A stretch of DNA of 64,000 bases from Strigamia acuminata (Eukaryota). Below, in pieces: positions 62,801-64,000 of the stretch. The stretch is from positions 1,798,001 to 1,862,000 of the forward strand of contig OX442314.1 of NCBI GenBank assembly GCA_949358305.1, given 5' to 3'. The number at the start of each line of letters is the position of its first letter. Positions within the stretch are counted from its first letter, which is position 1. The notes below the pieces were generated by a model. It ran no database searches, had not been told where the DNA came from, and worked only from the letters and a program-made list of their open reading frames with translations. Made by a program: the position numbers and the translations under genes.

Positions 62801-63747
62801 GTGTTTTAATCGTTAATAGAGAGAGAAGCATTCCGACTCTGGAGTCTTTGCTGAACGACGAGCAAATAGCTACTGAACATGAGAAATTGTCGCAGTTATT
62901 GGATTCGCAAATTGCGTTTGAAGAGAAAATCCAACGCAAAAACGAAATTTCCAAATCGGAATATCCAAACTCGGAAACTGAGTGCAGAGCACCCGAGTAA
63001 AACAAAAACGACATAATAGTAAAAAGTAAAAATAAAAATACAATGTCTTTTTCAGGTTATGTCACGAATTCCAAACGGCGCGCTTGTTTCTATCGCATTT
63101 CGGATTTCTTTCGTTAGAATCGCTACGGGTAAAAAATTTAATAAAAAAAAACCGAAATAAATTCAAAAAAATTCAAAAATTATCAAAAAAAATACGGAAA
63201 AATTCAAAGTATTCAAAATTTAATTTTTCTTTTTGTCACAGGAATCGATCATTTGTTCGCATCCGTCACTAATCCGTCTGGACAGCGGTCAAACGAATTT
63301 CATGAGCGACATTGAGACCTTGGACAAAATGTCTGGTCGCACTTACGACACGGTTTTCGTGTTTTACGTGAAAAGCGGTCAAAAAAATGCGCAAGAAATC
63401 ATCGCGAACGTTGTAAACATGATCATTCGATCTATTTTGAATTGTTTTGAATTGTTTGAATTGATTTAGACGCATCGAGAGAACGTGAGCACTTCGTTCA
63501 TGGAGTTTCTTTTGAGTCTGGGCTGGCCGGTTGATGTGGCCAGACATCCCGGTTGGACGGGTCACGTGAGCACGAGTTGGAAAGTGACTTCTGGTTGCGA
63601 GTTGTCGGATTCGGACGAGGAGGAGCACGGTGGGGCGCGATATTGTGGCCAGAAACAAGTTTTGTATTGGTCGGACTTCAGTTCCGAAATGGCTTTTGTC
63701 GTGCCAACCGCCAAACGGAAAGAAAATGTGCAATTAAACCACGAAGG
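53838..63747 (+). CDS. RALGAPB: Ral GTPase-activating protein subunit beta; multi-exon, continues past the window
   Basis: MYYEWSSL...[105 protein letters not shown] and FLLSLGWPV appear in the expected order. Confidence 0.93.
54240..54475. repeat. Intronic ~20-bp minisatellite
   Basis: (catcaaaatttcaattttcc)n. Confidence 0.85.
55360..55885. repeat. Intronic 20-30-bp minisatellite
   Basis: (tgcataaaaatccattttt)n variants. Confidence 0.85.
56635..57295. repeat. Two intronic minisatellites
   Basis: (gtcgatttttgtggaaaaat)n, then (aaaatgaacaatttctcgggaaatctcg)n. Confidence 0.8.
58250..59055. repeat. Three adjacent intronic minisatellites
   Basis: (tgcattctagatgagaataatgcaaaaaa)n, (ttagacaacaaaaaatatatt)n and (tttttgactacaaaaaatgca)n. 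Confidence 0.9.
60020..60790. repeat. Intronic 41-bp (21+20) minisatellite
   Basis: (ttttgactaaaattgtactaatttcgaccaaatccaattaa)n. Confidence 0.92.
61260..61750. repeat. Intronic ~30-bp minisatellite
   Basis: (ttttaacgattttgaccaaaattgttcgat)n. Confidence 0.8.
62545..62765. repeat. Intronic minisatellite
   Basis: (ataatgcatttataatgcattttgaaccttt)n. Confidence 0.8.
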
Positions 63748-64000
63748 TGAAACATCCATTGGAGTATTGAATACATTTTCGATTTTGACAGGAATAATTA
63801 AGAAAATTCAATTTCTTGTGCATTTTTCTTTGAAATATTTAGAAAATTTTATTTCTTTTTATGATATATCGAAAAATTTCGATTTATTTTTGATTTTTCT
63901 GATAAAAATTAAAAAAATTCGATTTCTTTTGCATTTTTCTTTGAAAAATGTAGAAAATTTAATTTCTTTTTATGATATATCAAAAAATTTCGATTTCTTT

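Overview
Eukaryotic, AT-rich genomic DNA with short GT-AG introns. It is most likely from an arthropod, judging by the gene content, the transposon types and a (TTAGG)n tract; the species cannot be determined. Bases ~1-52,000 are a rapidly turning-over accessory cluster. It contains about 14 copies or fragments of an RNF216/TRIAD3-like RBR E3 ligase in both orientations. It also holds three intact two-exon genes for secreted six-cysteine CS-alpha/beta (defensin/scorpion-toxin-like) peptides that are absent from the ORF track, and remnants of a second Cys-rich peptide gene. Further content is a 19-finger minisatellite-like C2H2 zinc-finger gene split by nested insertions, and broken copies of ADSS, SMP-domain, SLC3-like and Ig/FN3 genes. 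Transposons include a BEL/Pao LTR element inside a hAT element inside an RNF216-like pseudogene, solo LTRs, an EnSpm-like element and MITEs. From 53,838 to the window end lies the 5' part of RALGAPB, with minisatellite-filled introns. Top leads: (i) the hidden hypervariable CS-alpha/beta peptide family, including an extremely anionic member; (ii) two open-frame RNF216-like paralogs with in-frame loss of RING2 or of the whole RBR; (iii) a peptide + RNF216-like cassette duplicated as a unit, with a perfect hairpin made from the ligase coding sequence. All calls are by eye, and no database search was run.
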